Assembly (NCBI GenBank): GCA_965224465.1
Contig: OZ245049.1
Span: 2,790,001 to 2,822,000, forward strand
Direction of reading: 5' to 3'
DNA: 32,000 nucleotides
Origin: Flavobacteriaceae bacterium
GTDB lineage: Bacteria > Bacteroidota > Bacteroidia > Flavobacteriales > Flavobacteriaceae
Part shown: positions 31,047 through 32,000 of the stretch, piece by piece
Numbering within the stretch: the stretch's first letter is position 1
How the letters are laid out: every line of letters starts with the position of its first letter
The notes under the pieces: model-generated
Seen by the model: the letters and a program-made list of their open reading frames with translations, nothing else
Database searches by the model: none
What the model was told of the DNA's origin: nothing
Position numbers and translations under genes: made by a program

Positions 31047-31192
31047 TAATTTACACTAAGTTAATGCAAAGCCCTATCACCAATAACTAGGAATATTCGT
31101 GCTGTGCGTAGCGTCCAGCATAAATACCTATTGCTGATGCCGTATCAAAAGAGGGCACTTTGGGATTGCGTGTAATTAAGAGGCTAGCGACA
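31047..31192 (+). repeat. Leader repeat, copy F (post-immunity segment only, ending at the core motif)
   Basis: Homologous to 27227-27372. Homology stops right after AATTAAGAGGCTAGCGACA (31174-31192), and different sequence follows. Confidence 0.8.
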
Positions 31193-31359
31193 ACTCCATT
31201 ACTGGACGTTGGGGCTATGTTTGGAGATGGGTAGAAATAAACACCCACCCTATAAACTGGGGATGGAATGGTAACTGGAATGGTTGGTATAATGGTCTAA
31301 ATAATTCAGCAGGTGATTTCAGTTACAAATCTGGTGTAATTTATAATATCAGAAAATAA
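31180..31359 (+). pseudogene. C-terminal remnant of a cysteine-peptidase-like (C10/papain-type NWGW motif) protein, with no start codon
   Basis: The frame reads EASDNSITGRWGYVWRWVEINTHPINWGWNGNWNGWYNGLNNSAGDFSYKSGVIYNIRK*. INWGWNGxxNGWY resembles the (F/Y)HxNWGWGGxxNGY(F/Y) C-terminal motif of C10-type peptidases. An in-frame stop at 31177-31179 lies directly upstream, and there is no ATG. Confidence 0.4.
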
Positions 31360-31367
31360 TAGAACGT

Positions 31368-31853
31368 ATGAAAAATATTTTAGTTACAGTTTTAGTTTTA
31401 GTGCTTTTTTCTTGTGACAACTACAAGGAAGAATGCTGCCAAAACATTGAGGCTGATTTACAAATTTCCATTACAAATAGTGAAGGAAAAGATTTATTAA
31501 ACCCTCTTAGTGGGGAAATAAACATGAATAACTTCAAGCTTTATTATAAAAATAAATCAGGAAATTTAATTTTATTTGACAAACCTAATTTAGATAATTC
31601 TAGAGGGTTTAAATTAGTAAGTCCAGAAGGTAGTGGACTTCAATTTTACACTATTATTTTAGCTCTAAATACAGAGTACTTAGAAAATAATACGTCATTG
31701 AATATTATTAGTTGGAGTAAAGAAAAAAAACATGAAATTAAAACCTTATTCTCAAAAGAAAACAATAATCTGATTGCTGAAAACATTTATATTGACAATA
31801 AATTAGTTATTAAGGTTGGAGAAAAACGTTTCACTACTATTATCGACTTGTAA
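31368..31853 (+). CDS. Hypothetical lipoprotein (possible inhibitor/immunity partner of the upstream remnant)
   Basis: MKNILVTVLVLVLFSCDNY carries an LFSC lipobox. 161 aa. Starts 8 nt after the remnant stop. Confidence 0.6.
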   Translation: MKNILVTVLVLVLFSCDNYKEECCQNIEADLQISITNSEGKDLLNPLSGEINMNNFKLYYKNKSGNLILFDKPNLDNSRGFKLVSPEGSGLQFYTIILALNTEYLENNTSLNIISWSKEKKHEIKTLFSKENNNLIAENIYIDNKLVIKVGEKRFTTIIDL

Positions 31854-31867
31854 CCCTTAAAATAAGA

Positions 31868-32000
31868 GTCACGTAATAAACTAATATTCGTGTGATGCAT
31901 AGCGAAATGCACGTATGTACTAGGGTCTGCAATTAATTAAGAGCCTCTCGACAACTTCTTTTACGAGACACCACCTGTTTTAGATTCTTTGATTCTACAC
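31868..32000 (+). repeat. Leader repeat, copy G (divergent post-cassette segment with core motif; cut by the window edge)
   Basis: AATATTCGTGTGATGCATAGCG...TGCAATTAATTAAGAGCCTCTCGACAAC parallels 27272-27375. The core variant is at 31935-31953. Confidence 0.55.

Overview
AT-rich sequence that looks like Bacteroidota, probably Flavobacteriia. The grounds are gene content, TAnnTTTG-type promoter boxes and lipoprotein-rich ORFs. Positions 1-12040 are an ordinary core block: a TPR-like secreted protein, an ABC-F ATPase, a lipoprotein, an ECF sigma / FecR anti-sigma / TonB-dependent transducer trio, and a GH2 beta-galactosidase. Everything to the right of the lacZ terminator is an accessory island full of decayed mobile DNA. 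It holds two remnants of the same tyrosine-recombinase 3' end, each followed by different cargo. It also holds a 160-bp MITE-like element in two copies, one near-full-length but dead group II intron plus two 3' fragments of it, and an IS30-family element. Two parts stand out. (1) A 1249-aa single-gene candidate defence protein at 13871-17617, with a nuclease-like N-terminus, a STAND/ORC-like P-loop NTPase and a ~850-aa helical C-terminus. It is flanked by recombinase and intron debris. (2) A 20.1-31.2 kb array of five toxin / lipoprotein-immunity cassettes. All five reuse one near-identical promoter-leader. Four of the five also share the first ~23 codons (METRKLKKTGFRITFEDGE...) fused to different toxin domains: one GH19-like muramidase and an M43-like metzincin in three copies. 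Of those three, one is intact, one is split by the IS30 element, and one is reduced to a promoter-fused 3' stub that keeps its immunity gene. The fifth cassette carries an HExxH-degenerate peptidase-like protein. No secretion-apparatus genes, rRNA, tRNA or CRISPR arrays were seen. All family assignments come from motif reading by eye, not from searches.
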